Source of the DNA: a virus | Taxonomy: Duplodnaviria > Caudoviricetes | Length of the DNA stretch: 64,000 nucleotides | Reading direction: 5' to 3' (one strand) | IMG/VR virus record: IMGVR_UViG_3300038974_000542 | Span: 20,004 to 84,003 of that record | In this document: piece after piece, positions 1 to 10,820 of the stretch | How positions within the stretch are numbered: the first letter of the stretch is position 1 | How the letters are laid out: the number at the start of each line of letters is the position of its first letter | Translations under genes and position numbers: made by a program | The notes under the pieces: model-generated | Database searches by the model: none | What the model saw: the letters and a program-made list of their open reading frames with translations, nothing else | What the model was told of the DNA's origin: nothing

Positions 1-2
1 CT

Positions 3-1643
3 GATTTCTTATATAATGCTATAGTTAACGTTGTAAAATTTGGTGCAGATAGAACTGGGGGTATTGATAGTACTCCATATATTCAAAAAGCTTTTGATGC
101 TGCTTATAAACTATATTCTACTTCTGCTGCTGCAAATAATGGATATTTAGATTTTACTATACCTACAATTATTTTTCCTAGTGGAAGATATAAATGTGGA
201 CAAGTAAATATTTATTCAAGAATTAAAATAATAGGTGAAGGACAAGTTATAATAAAAAGTTTAACTGGAACTGAAACTACATATGCAGGTAAATTTGTTG
301 ATAATGCTGTAACAAATATTGAAATTGAAAATTTATCATTTTTTTATTTTGATACTGTATTTAGAGTTCCAACTGGAAATGTTGATTTTTCCTTTATGAC
401 GTTCCGAAAATGTCATGTTGCAGCATGTAATTTATTCGTTGACACAGTAGACTATAATTCATCAAGGAGTACAACCGTATTATTTGAACGTTGTATTGGA
501 AATTATAATTTGAAACAATTTGCGAAAATATATACTGATAAGTCCGTTTTTAGAGAAAATTGGTTTACACATAACCAAAATACAAAATTCATTGAAGTAG
601 ATAGTTTTGCGCATTTTCACGATAATGTTTGGGTCCCGTCTGCAAGTACTCCAAACAATGCACGTTGTTGGATATATTTTACAGCTTCGGATGAGGCAAG
701 AAGTTTATTATTTACTAATGAAAGGTTTGGAGCAGAAAGTGGTCAATGTCCTATTCTTGTTATTGGTGATGTAAATAAAAAATTAACAATACCCGCATAT
801 AAAAATCAAGGTGTTAAATTTGTTAACTGTCAACTTTCAAGTTACAATCCTTGGAATGCGAATAATATTTCTGACGGTGCAATTAGGAGTGTTGTGATTT
901 TAGAAGAGCCAACACATATTCCTACTGATGGTAAATATACATCTATTGATTATATTAGTTTTGAAAATTGCAAAATATCTCCAAATGTATATGCTGTTGC
1001 TACATATAATGCTCCTAATTTTCAATCAAAAGTACATGGTGAATTTACTATTGATTTTGACAGAACAACTGCATTATCTACAACAAGAGGTATTAGTTTT
1101 ATTACAACACCTGATTTAATGCTTTATGTTAATCATCCTATTCTTAATAAACATACTATTGGATTAAATAAAAATGGTAAAGCTACAAAGGCATTGGATA
1201 CAACAACGGTTGGTATTAAAAAAATTACATTTAAAGTAAATAGAGCTGCAAACAACCACCCATCAAATCCTACTTATAATTGGCATACAGGTATTGCTTA
1301 TCTTGCTACATTTATAGGTCAAGGCGATAGTTCATATCCGAACGGAATATATGGTTATTCCTCAACTTATATATTGACTATTAGTGGTGGATATTCTAGT
1401 TATGGAAGAAGTAAAATTACAGCAACTAAACTTCAAGGAGATTTAGGTGGTGCTTCTTTAACTGCAAATGCAGATATAGTTTCAGCTCATTGGGGTACTG
1501 ATGAAACAGGAAGTGATGAAGATATAGTAGATGGTAATACAGTTGATGAGTGGAGAGATATAACTATTACATTTGGTAATAAGATACAATATGGTTATGT
1601 TATACTTACCCCTTTATATGATTTTGATTTAAGAATGGGATAA
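3..1643 (+). CDS. Tail fibre/spike with pectate-lyase-like beta-helix (5'-truncated at window edge)
   Basis: Frame is open from base 3 and continuous with the 396..1643 ORF. It reads VNVVKFGADRTGGIDSTPYIQKAFDA...IIFPSGRYKC, the typical N-terminus of pectate_lyase_3-type beta-helices. Confidence 0.7.
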   Translation, partial: DFLYNAIVNVVKFGADRTGGIDSTPYIQKAFDAAYKLYSTSAAANNGYLDFTIPTIIFPSGRYKCGQVNIYSRIKIIGEGQVIIKSLTGTETTYAGKFVDNAVTNIEIENLSFFYFDTVFRVPTGNVDFSFMTFRKCHVAACNLFVDTVDYNSSRSTTVLFERCIGNYNLKQFAKIYTDKSVFRENWFTHNQNTKFIEVDSFAHFHDNVWVPSASTPNNARCWIYFTASDEARSLLFTNERFGAESGQCPILVIGDVNKKLTIPAYKNQGVKFVNCQLSSYNPWNANNISDGAIRSVVILEEPTHIPTDGKYTSIDYISFENCKISPNVYAVATYNAPNFQSKVHGEFTIDFDRTTALSTTRGISFITTPDLMLYVNHPILNKHTIGLNKNGKATKALDTTTVGIKKITFKVNRAANNHPSNPTYNWHTGIAYLATFIGQGDSSYPNGIYGYSSTYILTISGGYSSYGRSKITATKLQGDLGGASLTANADIVSAHWGTDETGSDEDIVDGNTVDEWRDITITFGNKIQYGYVILTPLYDFDLRMG

Positions 1644-1943
1644 TATCATATTATAGAATATGATTTTTAATTTATCTACTATAAATTAATTATCTTATAA
1701 AACTTTACTAAAATGAATGATAGTATACAAGTCAATATTTAACAGATAGACTCCTCTAACTTCTGGATTGCAGATGACAAAATAATTTTATATTTTATCC
1801 TATAATTAATTATTTTAATTAAGATATAAGATTCAATTCTAAGATATAAGAGTATCTCCAACATATTTATAATAGTAAAGAATATTTATCATTATTGACA
1901 ACATATTCTTAGAATGTAGTTTTAAACAATTAAAATTCTATAT

Positions 1944-2897
1944 ATGACTAATAAGAAATATACTCTTAATGAATCTCAGATGAATTTTATAGCCTCTTTA
2001 AGAGGACATTCTATAACAAAGTATAGTAAGAGAAAAGATAGACCAAGTTATAGAATTAGATTAAAGCCAAGAGAAGTAGAGTTACTTCTTGAGTATAAAA
2101 AAGAACATCAGAACTCAGATGCTAAGTTTCCTAAAATTTTGATCTTTGATATAGAGACAGCCCCACTAAAGGCTTATGTTTGGAGAAGATGGAAACAAAA
2201 TATTTCTATAGACCAAACTGTATCTGAGTGGTTTATGATAAGTTGGGCAGCTAAGTGGTTAGATTCTAAAGGAATAATATCTGAGTGTCTTACCCCACAG
2301 GAAATAATAGAAGAGGATGATAAGAGGATTATAAGACAGCTTTGGACATTATTTGATGAGGCTGACATAGTAATAGCACATAACGGAAGAAGATTTGATG
2401 TACCCCATGCTAATGCTAGATTTGTATTACTTGGACTATTACCTCCTTCTCCTTATACTCAAATTGATACTTTAGAAGTTGTTCGTAAACAGTTTAATTT
2501 CTCCTCTAATAAACTTGATGCACTTGCAAAATATTTTGGTATAGAGAATAAAGATGGAACTGATTTTGAGTTATGGAAAAAATGTATGGAAGGAGATCAA
2601 GAATCTTTAAACTATATGAAAGAATATAATAAGAAGGATGTAGTTATCCTTGAGAAGATATATCTAAAAATAAGACCCTGGATCAAAAATCATCCAAATG
2701 CAGGATTATATTTAGAAAATGAAGAAGAAACGTGTCCTTACTGTGGTTCAACTGACTTAGCAGATACTGGCACGTTTTCTTATACTGGAGTATCAAAGTT
2801 TTCAAATGTAAGATGTTCCAAATGTGGTGGTATAGCAAGAAGAAGAACTTCAGATTATCCTAAAGAAAAAAGAAAGAATTTAATTAAATCTACATAA
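1944..2897 (+). CDS. DEDD/RNase H-like 3'-5' exonuclease with C-terminal Zn ribbon
   Basis: Motifs ILIFDIETAP, HNGRRFD, YNKKDV; C-terminal CPYC...CSKC. Confidence 0.8.
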   Translation: MTNKKYTLNESQMNFIASLRGHSITKYSKRKDRPSYRIRLKPREVELLLEYKKEHQNSDAKFPKILIFDIETAPLKAYVWRRWKQNISIDQTVSEWFMISWAAKWLDSKGIISECLTPQEIIEEDDKRIIRQLWTLFDEADIVIAHNGRRFDVPHANARFVLLGLLPPSPYTQIDTLEVVRKQFNFSSNKLDALAKYFGIENKDGTDFELWKKCMEGDQESLNYMKEYNKKDVVILEKIYLKIRPWIKNHPNAGLYLENEEETCPYCGSTDLADTGTFSYTGVSKFSNVRCSKCGGIARRRTSDYPKEKRKNLIKST

Positions 2898-2944
2898 GAT
2901 GAAAATTAAAATTTAATTTTTCTCTTTAGAATCAAAAAATATCC

Positions 2945-2952
2945 TATATTTG
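2945..2952 (+). promoter_or_regulatory. Bacteroidota sigma70 -7 element (TATATTTG)
   Basis: Matches TAnnTTTG, 4 nt before the ATG at 2957 in an AT-rich intergenic gap. Confidence 0.5.
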
Positions 2953-2956
2953 TAAT

Positions 2957-3652
2957 ATGAAAACTGCAAATGAAATAATAGATTTTTTTAAAGACCTTGT
3001 CTTTCAGGAAGAAGGCCATCTTTACTATGTAAATGGTGTACCAATAAAAGACTCTGTCTCCAGTAAGATAAAACAGTTTTATCTTCCTTTTAATAAGTAT
3101 GAGAAGAGTCTTGGAACAGCACAAAGAACTGGTCTTACTCAAGCTGAAGTTTTAAGAAGTTGGAGTGAGAAAGAAAATATTTCTATTATAAAAGGTAAGA
3201 AAGCTCACTTATTTGGTGAGTTATATCCTTTTAATAGAGATCTTAGACCTCAATCTCCTTTTGACATAGCTATAATGAAATTTTGGAATGATCTTCCTCC
3301 TTATGTGATTCCAATATTAACTGAAGCTAGAATGTATCATAAGGAACAATTATATGCTGGTACTGCTGATGCAATATTATATAATACTCTTACAGGAAAA
3401 TATATAATTACTGATTATAAGACTAATATAGATCTCTTTAAGAATTACAAAGATCAAAAAATGTTAGGACCTTTCTCTCATCTACTAGATTGTCCATATA
3501 ATAAGTATCAACTACAGTTGTCTTATTATCAGATATTACTGGAACAGATAGAATCTATAGAGGTATCCTATAGGAAGTTAATTTGGCTAAGACCTAATGG
3601 TGAGTACATTTTATATGATACAGAAGATTTTACAAATATATTAAGAACATGA
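2957..3652 (+). CDS. PD-(D/E)XK exonuclease-like protein
   Basis: Motifs E-x-R-MY, AGTAD, ITDYKT and YQLQLSYY of the PDDEXK superfamily. Confidence 0.75.
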   Translation: MKTANEIIDFFKDLVFQEEGHLYYVNGVPIKDSVSSKIKQFYLPFNKYEKSLGTAQRTGLTQAEVLRSWSEKENISIIKGKKAHLFGELYPFNRDLRPQSPFDIAIMKFWNDLPPYVIPILTEARMYHKEQLYAGTADAILYNTLTGKYIITDYKTNIDLFKNYKDQKMLGPFSHLLDCPYNKYQLQLSYYQILLEQIESIEVSYRKLIWLRPNGEYILYDTEDFTNILRT

Positions 3653-4347
3653 AATTATTTGAAATTATACAACGTGTTCAGTCTCTTTACTCTAAAGGAG
3701 TTCAAAGTGATGACAGTAGATTATCTGCAAGACATATCTATAATAAACTTCTTACAGTAAGAACAAGACTTTTATCCCAAAAATCTAAACAGAAACAAAA
3801 GATAAGTGACTGGAGTTATCAGGTAATACCCTGTATTGAAATGATAGAAGTTTCTGAGCATGATTGTCCTTGTGCTCCTCCAACTGCTTGTACTGTAAAG
3901 AGAAGTAAGTATAAAATTCCCAGAGTACTTACAGATTATAATAGGAATCTTATAGATTATGTAATGACAATTGATGGTAGTGATAAATTTGATTTTACTA
4001 CCAAATCTGAGTTGCTTCATATTAATGGTAATAAGTATACAGCTTTAAAAAGAAGATATATTATCAGTGATGAGTACCTTTATGCTTATGGTAAAGATGT
4101 ACCTAAACTCTTACAGATGAGAGCTTTATTTGAAGATCCAGTAAAAGCTTCAGAATTTATCTCATATTGTCCTTCAGAGACTGCAGATTGTATGGATATC
4201 TTTGATATTGAATTTCCTATGGATGGAGATATGGTTGATGTAGCTATAGAATTTACAGTCAAAGAACTTATAGACTATTTCAAACAAAATATAGAAGATC
4301 AAACTAATGATACAAGAGATAATCCAACAGTAATATCACAAAGATAA
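3649..4347 (+). CDS. crAss-like tail ring/structural protein
   Basis: Sits just before the IHF-like, ring and muzzle genes; Cys-containing PCIEMIEV...CPC segment resembles crAss ring proteins; ATGA overlap with the upstream gene. Confidence 0.55.
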   Translation: MKLFEIIQRVQSLYSKGVQSDDSRLSARHIYNKLLTVRTRLLSQKSKQKQKISDWSYQVIPCIEMIEVSEHDCPCAPPTACTVKRSKYKIPRVLTDYNRNLIDYVMTIDGSDKFDFTTKSELLHINGNKYTALKRRYIISDEYLYAYGKDVPKLLQMRALFEDPVKASEFISYCPSETADCMDIFDIEFPMDGDMVDVAIEFTVKELIDYFKQNIEDQTNDTRDNPTVISQR

Positions 4348-4823
4348 TGAGACAGCATAAGAATCTTACTGACAGCTATACTCTTTTTAAAGAGAGGTTT
4401 AAGGATACTACTATAAGTAAATCTGATTACGTAAAGATTGCAGGTGCATTTCTTAAGTATATAATGAAAAGAGTTATCTATAACAGTGATACTGTTCATT
4501 TACCTTTTAAAACAGGTGTTATAGAAGTTATTGGATTAAGAAGTAAAATTACTATTGGAGAGAATGGAGAGATAAAAGGATTATCACCTAACTGGAAGAA
4601 AACAAAAGAACTTTATGAGAAGTGTCCTGAGTGCAAGGAAAAAAGACAGATAGTTTATAATACTAATGAACATACTGATGGTATAAGATATAAATTTAAC
4701 TGGGGATTAAGGAATATGGTAATGAAGAATAAACTCTACTATGTTCTAAAGATGACCAGAGAAAATAAAAGAAATTTATATAGAGCTATTTTAAATGGTC
4801 AAGAATATGAGGTAAAACAATGA
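4347..4823 (+). CDS. IHF/HU-like DNA-binding protein
   Basis: Basic 158-aa protein with VHLPFKTGVIEV beta-arm-like segment; IHF-like genes occupy this position in crAss-like tail modules. Confidence 0.5.
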   Translation: MRQHKNLTDSYTLFKERFKDTTISKSDYVKIAGAFLKYIMKRVIYNSDTVHLPFKTGVIEVIGLRSKITIGENGEIKGLSPNWKKTKELYEKCPECKEKRQIVYNTNEHTDGIRYKFNWGLRNMVMKNKLYYVLKMTRENKRNLYRAILNGQEYEVKQ

Positions 4824-5806
4824 GAAATTTACAATATACTTCAATAGAAACAATCTTCTCTAAATTTCAAAGGGATTTAAGAGAAACAGATATCTCAGAA
4901 GCAGATATAGTTGAATGGACAGCTGAGGCTTTAGGTTTTATGAAGATTCCTGAAATACAAGAGGAAGCTGTTGCATTCATAGAGGTAGAGAATTATCAAG
5001 CTGATTTACCTTGTGGATTTCAAGGTGTTATACAAATAGCAAGAGATAATGAATGGACACCTTTGGATAAGGAATCAGGAACTACTGCTGCCGATGTTGT
5101 AGAGACTATGGAAGAACCTTCAGCTTCTGTACCTATAATAGTAGATTGTCAAGGTAATCTTGTAGGTGAGGCAGAATTGGCTTATTATAGACCTTATTTT
5201 GATCTCAGGTATGAGTATGCAGCATGGTCAGGTTCTGGATATTACAGAGAAAGATTTACTCCTGTAAGACTTGCAAATCATAGTTTTATAGGTTCTCTTG
5301 TAGCAGAACTCAATAAAGAATATCCAAGTGGTATTTATAATAATTCTACTGATGAATATACTATTGCTGGTAGTTTTCCAAATCTTGTATTAAGATTTAG
5401 CTTTAAAGAGGGCTTTATTGCACTCTCTTATCTTAGAACAGCATTAGATGATACTACTGGTTATCCATTAATTCCAGATGATATAAGATTTATTACAGCT
5501 ATTACTTACTATATTAAATGGAAGATGGCTGAAAGATTAAGATGGAATGGAAGAGAAGGTTTTGCAGCTGAGGCTCAAGATGCTGAAACTAAATGGAATA
5601 AATATGTAAGACAAGCTCTTAATTATGCTAAGATGCCTAGTGGTATTGATCAGTATCAAAATTTTATGGAGAATAGTTTATACCTTATACCAAGAACAAG
5701 AAAGTATTATGGTTATTTTGGAAAACTTGGTAGAGAAGAAGATAGATTATTTAATAACCCCGACATGAGAAGGAAATATAGCTTTAACAGATATGGCAGA
5801 TGGTAA
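4820..5806 (+). CDS. Tail tubular/ring protein (P22 gp4-like position)
   Basis: Directly upstream of the stabilization/muzzle gene; size and synteny fit crAss-like phages. Confidence 0.55.
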   Translation: MRNLQYTSIETIFSKFQRDLRETDISEADIVEWTAEALGFMKIPEIQEEAVAFIEVENYQADLPCGFQGVIQIARDNEWTPLDKESGTTAADVVETMEEPSASVPIIVDCQGNLVGEAELAYYRPYFDLRYEYAAWSGSGYYRERFTPVRLANHSFIGSLVAELNKEYPSGIYNNSTDEYTIAGSFPNLVLRFSFKEGFIALSYLRTALDDTTGYPLIPDDIRFITAITYYIKWKMAERLRWNGREGFAAEAQDAETKWNKYVRQALNYAKMPSGIDQYQNFMENSLYLIPRTRKYYGYFGKLGREEDRLFNNPDMRRKYSFNRYGRW

Positions 5807-8800
5807 TGGAATAAATTCAAAAGAAGTTAAGCAGTTTGGAAAAGGATTACATACAGATAATTCTCCACAAGCTCAACCTGAGGGTACTCTTAGGTTTGCT
5901 CTTAACTGTGTAGATGAAACTGAGGTAGGAGATATGATGTTCCCTACCAACCTTGAATCTAATATTGAAGCTGGAGCTTTGCCTGATGGATATATTCCTA
6001 TTGGTAAAGTATATATGGTGAATGGAGAAACTTGTTTATTTCTTGTTGGTCCTAATGGGGAGTCTGAAATTGGAGTTTATAATGATAATGGAACTTATAC
6101 TACATATGTAAATGATTCTCAATCTACTAATAAATTAAATTTCAGAGTAACCCATCAAATAGATGCTGTATATAGACTTAGAAGAGGTTGTGATAAAACA
6201 GTTTATTGGACTGATAATCTTAATCCCGTAAGACAATATATACTGAATAAACCTGAGGATTATTTATCTGATAATAATTTAGATATAGATAAATTTGAAC
6301 TTTTTAGATTTACAAAGAAAATACCTTTCTTTCAAGGATTTGAAATTAGAGAAGAAGGAAATTTAGAATCTGGAAGCTATAATTTTTCAATACAATATTT
6401 AGATGAAGATTTAAATCCTACTCAATGGATTATATTATCAGATACAATAAATATATACAAAGATAAGATTACAAATAAATTTTCAGAAGTACGAGGTTCT
6501 ACAAATGAAAAAAGCTATTATCATCAATTTGGAAATACAGGAAAGTGTATAGTTATTACAATTAGCAATGTAGATGAATCTTTTCCTTATTATAGAATAG
6601 CTACAATAAAAGCTATTGCAGGGACAGGTTTTGTAAGTGAAGTTACAGTATCTGAACCAATATCAACTATTGTACATACTTATATTGAAGATGGTGCTGA
6701 AAAAGAAAAAATAAGTGTAGAAGAAATTTATCAAGAGCCTCTTATTATTGAGACTGCACAAAGTATAGAACAAATTGAAAATAGATTATTACTTGGTAAT
6801 GTAAAAAATAAGCAGATTGATTTATGTGATTTACAAAAATATGCAAGTAGAATAAGGTCATACTGTGTTGTAAAAAAAGTAAACCTTACAGATTTAAAAG
6901 ATCCTTCTAATGGAAAAAATCCTACTAAAAGATTTGTAGGCTATACGCCAGGTGAAATATATTCATTTGGAATAGTATATCTTTTTAAAGATGGTACTAC
7001 ATCACCTGTGTACCATATACCTGGTGTAAACAGTCAAGACTATAGTTCAAGTGGAATGGACTTAACACCAGAAATAAATAATAGAGAGCTGAAAAAATTT
7101 GGAATGAGTTCTAATAATACTATATCCACATTTTATACTGAATCTAACAGTTGTGAAGATAAAGATTATTGGGGAACTGATTCTTTCTTTATATCTCCCT
7201 CTGTAGAAAGAAATCTTCCTTTAAAGAATACCCCTGTAAGACATCATAGATTTCCAACAAGATCTGAATTAAATTCTAATTTAGTCAATAAATTAGTACC
7301 AGGTACAAATAGAAAAATAACTAAAATATATGATAGAATCACCATTCCAGAAGATTCTACAGTAGATTACAACCAGTATAAAGATGAAAATATAAGAATA
7401 GTATATTCAGCAAATACAGGTGTCTCTGAGACATATATGCTTCATGCAATAGGAAGAACTTCTAATACATATACATTTGAAGATATTAGCAATTTACATA
7501 TAGGTGATAAGATAAGTGGATATAGAATAGGTGGTAACTTAATTCCAATATCTGAACCTACAAATACTGTTATAGATATAGATACTGTAAATAAAATTGT
7601 AACATTTAGTGAAGAAGTTCATCCTGCAGATCCTTCTCAAATCTTTGTAGGTGTATATCTTATGTATATTCAAACTCAAGAATCTATATTAGGTGAATTT
7701 AACTTTACACTTGGAAATATTCTTGACTTAGATGGAAATATAATAGATAATGAAATACTTATAGATACATTAGAATATGACATAGCTTCTAAGGTAACTT
7801 TTACTATATATCAAAATATATCTTTAGATTTAATTCATACTCCTTCCATACGAAGTCAATATATACAAATAGAAGGTGTAGAATATGAATCTGAAATATT
7901 AGGTATTAGATTTGAAAATATTGAAATACCTGAATTAGAAAATGAAGAAATAGTTGGGTATTATATTGTAAGAAATGAAAGAAAAGAAGAAGATAAAACA
8001 ATACTTGATACTGCTTTACTATTTCCATTAGTTGAGTATGAAAAGTTTATAAGTTTTGGAAATATATCTCCTTCAAATATAGCTCCCAATAGTAATGCTT
8101 TTGTAAATAGAGTTTTAAGAGGTGAAGATGGATTAGTTAGTTTTAACATAGAGGAAGAAGATAGAAAAGCTTTAGAAAATCCAGTATTAATAAGAAAAGA
8201 TATGTATGGCTTTATACATCCAAAGCATCTCTTTGAGAAAAAAGAGTATACAAATAATGTAGAATTTTATACTGAAGGAAATTTTATACATAAAGACGGA
8301 AATATCTTTGAAGTTTCTTCAAACTTAGTAGAAGATACTTATCCTGGAACTACTTATGATCCAGCTTATCATAAAGGAAAAGAGAAAGATTCAGATGGTC
8401 TTACATTACATACATTATCAAAGTATAGAGATTTCTCTTATGAAAATAGTAATAATAGAAACATTAATTTATTTGGTACAGATAATATAAAAGATATTTT
8501 TTACTTAGATGCGTTAGGTAATAAAAATATAAAGATAAATGATATCAGCAAAGAAATTTTTAATATTTCAAGTGACAATAGAATTGGCATTATACAGTTA
8601 AATTCTAATATTGATATTTTTAATGAAACTAAAAATATAATAGAAAAAGCTTATACTTGGTATAATAAAGATGATGGGGATACAGCTAATTATAGTAGTA
8701 GAGTAGAAACTTCCAACATTTCAAAATATCCTTATGTTATTTTAAAAAGAAATATTTCAACTTCATATCAAGATTTTAGAACAAGAGCATATTATAAAGA

Positions 8801-10790
8801 AAGTTCTAACTTTAATATTGAGAGTTCCTGTAATATATTTAATGGTGATTCTTATATTTCTCCTTTAACTTATAATTCAACAATATATTATGGTACTGTT
8901 CCTAAGAAGAGAGAAACTAAGAATACTACTTGGAGATTTATATTAGGAGGAATACTCACAATAGTTGGAATAGTAGGTGGCATATTTACAGCTGGAGCAA
9001 CAACAACCTTAGTTGGTATTGGTGTTGGACTTATTGTAGGTGCAGCTGCAGTTACTGCTTTTAAATCTGGATTAGTATTAGAGAAACTTGCTGATGTATA
9101 TAGAGATAAATATGAAGAAGGTTTAAGGGAAACTACAAAAGATGCTACTACAATACTTAATTTTAGAAAGAATACTTTACTTGATGATGAGATACAATGG
9201 TATAATAATATATTTGCAAATTTATGGTTTGAATCAGGAGTAAATATAAATTTAAGACAGGGAAATACAGTAGGTCTTCCAGATTTTATAGATGCACCTA
9301 CCGAATATAATGAAGAACAGATGAATTTAAGAGCTGTTAATAAAATCTCTTCTTTTGATCCAGAACAAGATCAAGGAAGACTTTACCAAGGATTTGCTAT
9401 TGCAGAAGATTATGAAATAAATAAAGATTATAATAGATTTCCAAAGGAAAAATTCTTCTTTCATCTTGGTCTTGAATATGATTGTTGCTCTGACTGTATA
9501 GAAACATTTCCTCATAGAATTCATTATTCGGAACAGAGTTTCCAAGAAGAAAATGTAGATAATTACAGAGTTTTTCTACCTAATAATTATAGGGATATAA
9601 ATGGTGAAACAGGAGAGATAACTAATATATTCAGAATACAGAATAATTTATTTGTACATACTGAAGAAGCTATATGGAAACTTCCTAAAAATTATCAGGA
9701 AAGGATTACAGATGAAATTGTATCTTTTATAGGTACAGGAAGCTATTTTTCTATTCCTCCTCAGAAATTAGTTGATGATGAAACTGGTAACTCTTATGGA
9801 ACTGTACATAAATGGTCAAGATTAAAAACACCTTATGGTTATTTCTTTGTATCTGAAAATCAAAATTGTATTTGTCAATTTGATGGAAATCAAGTAAAGA
9901 ATATTTCCCAGTTAGGAAATTACTATTGGTTTTATAATCATATTCCTATCTTATCGGATACTCTATATAAGGATAATCCTTCAAACCCTAATGGTGCTGG
10001 ATTTTTAGCTGCTTATGACAGTAAAAAAGATTTGATTTTTTATACCAAGATAGATAGACTCCCTACAGGTGAAAATAATTCCTGGACTATTAGTTTTAAC
10101 TTAAAAAAGAATGCTTGGGGAAGTTGGCACTCATTTATACCAAACTTCTATATACAGACAACCCAATGGTACTTTTCTTGGATAAATGGGAATAATAATA
10201 TATGGCGACATAATGTTCTTGGAAACTATCAAACATACTATGGGGAACTCAAGCCATTTATTATAGAATATGTACTTACAGATAATGTACTCTCTAATAA
10301 ACTCTTTGATACGATAATGTTACAATTAGAGTCAAAGAAATATGACCCGATTTCAAAAACATTCTTTGACACAGATAGAGATTTCTTCAATAAAATAATA
10401 GTATATAATTCAAGGCAATGTACAGGAGAATTAGATATCATTGTAAAAGACAAGGAAGATTTTGATTTCCTCTTTAATCAAATACAAAATAATAATTTAC
10501 AAAGTATTGTAGTTGATAGAAATGAAAGAAATTGGTATATTAATGATTTAAGAGATATGGTAGTAGCTAAAAATGCTCCTATGTTCATAACCGATATAAA
10601 ACAATTTCAAGATAAATACTTTATTGATAAAGTTTTAAACAACGCTGTTATAAACTTCAATAAAGATTGGACACAGATTGAAAATTTTAGTGATAAATAT
10701 TTGGTAGTAAGATTAATATTTGATAAATTTGCAGATATAAAACTTATTACTAATTTTACAGTAAATGATGAAACTATTTCTCTAAGATAA
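5793..10790 (+). CDS. Tail stabilization/muzzle protein (P22 gp10-like)
   Basis: 1665 aa; N-terminal KGLHTD...RFALN, internal VYWTDNLNP and C-terminal WGSWHSF motifs typical of crAss-like muzzle proteins. Confidence 0.7.
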   Translation: MADGNGINSKEVKQFGKGLHTDNSPQAQPEGTLRFALNCVDETEVGDMMFPTNLESNIEAGALPDGYIPIGKVYMVNGETCLFLVGPNGESEIGVYNDNGTYTTYVNDSQSTNKLNFRVTHQIDAVYRLRRGCDKTVYWTDNLNPVRQYILNKPEDYLSDNNLDIDKFELFRFTKKIPFFQGFEIREEGNLESGSYNFSIQYLDEDLNPTQWIILSDTINIYKDKITNKFSEVRGSTNEKSYYHQFGNTGKCIVITISNVDESFPYYRIATIKAIAGTGFVSEVTVSEPISTIVHTYIEDGAEKEKISVEEIYQEPLIIETAQSIEQIENRLLLGNVKNKQIDLCDLQKYASRIRSYCVVKKVNLTDLKDPSNGKNPTKRFVGYTPGEIYSFGIVYLFKDGTTSPVYHIPGVNSQDYSSSGMDLTPEINNRELKKFGMSSNNTISTFYTESNSCEDKDYWGTDSFFISPSVERNLPLKNTPVRHHRFPTRSELNSNLVNKLVPGTNRKITKIYDRITIPEDSTVDYNQYKDENIRIVYSANTGVSETYMLHAIGRTSNTYTFEDISNLHIGDKISGYRIGGNLIPISEPTNTVIDIDTVNKIVTFSEEVHPADPSQIFVGVYLMYIQTQESILGEFNFTLGNILDLDGNIIDNEILIDTLEYDIASKVTFTIYQNISLDLIHTPSIRSQYIQIEGVEYESEILGIRFENIEIPELENEEIVGYYIVRNERKEEDKTILDTALLFPLVEYEKFISFGNISPSNIAPNSNAFVNRVLRGEDGLVSFNIEEEDRKALENPVLIRKDMYGFIHPKHLFEKKEYTNNVEFYTEGNFIHKDGNIFEVSSNLVEDTYPGTTYDPAYHKGKEKDSDGLTLHTLSKYRDFSYENSNNRNINLFGTDNIKDIFYLDALGNKNIKINDISKEIFNISSDNRIGIIQLNSNIDIFNETKNIIEKAYTWYNKDDGDTANYSSRVETSNISKYPYVILKRNISTSYQDFRTRAYYKESSNFNIESSCNIFNGDSYISPLTYNSTIYYGTVPKKRETKNTTWRFILGGILTIVGIVGGIFTAGATTTLVGIGVGLIVGAAAVTAFKSGLVLEKLADVYRDKYEEGLRETTKDATTILNFRKNTLLDDEIQWYNNIFANLWFESGVNINLRQGNTVGLPDFIDAPTEYNEEQMNLRAVNKISSFDPEQDQGRLYQGFAIAEDYEINKDYNRFPKEKFFFHLGLEYDCCSDCIETFPHRIHYSEQSFQEENVDNYRVFLPNNYRDINGETGEITNIFRIQNNLFVHTEEAIWKLPKNYQERITDEIVSFIGTGSYFSIPPQKLVDDETGNSYGTVHKWSRLKTPYGYFFVSENQNCICQFDGNQVKNISQLGNYYWFYNHIPILSDTLYKDNPSNPNGAGFLAAYDSKKDLIFYTKIDRLPTGENNSWTISFNLKKNAWGSWHSFIPNFYIQTTQWYFSWINGNNNIWRHNVLGNYQTYYGELKPFIIEYVLTDNVLSNKLFDTIMLQLESKKYDPISKTFFDTDRDFFNKIIVYNSRQCTGELDIIVKDKEDFDFLFNQIQNNNLQSIVVDRNERNWYINDLRDMVVAKNAPMFITDIKQFQDKYFIDKVLNNAVINFNKDWTQIENFSDKYLVVRLIFDKFADIKLITNFTVNDETISLR

Positions 10791-10820
10791 ATATTAATCT
10801 TATAAAAGCTAAAGAAAATT

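Noticed and set aside
1712-1805. Short ORF broken by TAA (MNDSIQVNI*QIDSSNFW...) and a 9-bp inverted repeat at 1836/1907
   Set aside because: Too short and expected by chance in very AT-rich DNA.
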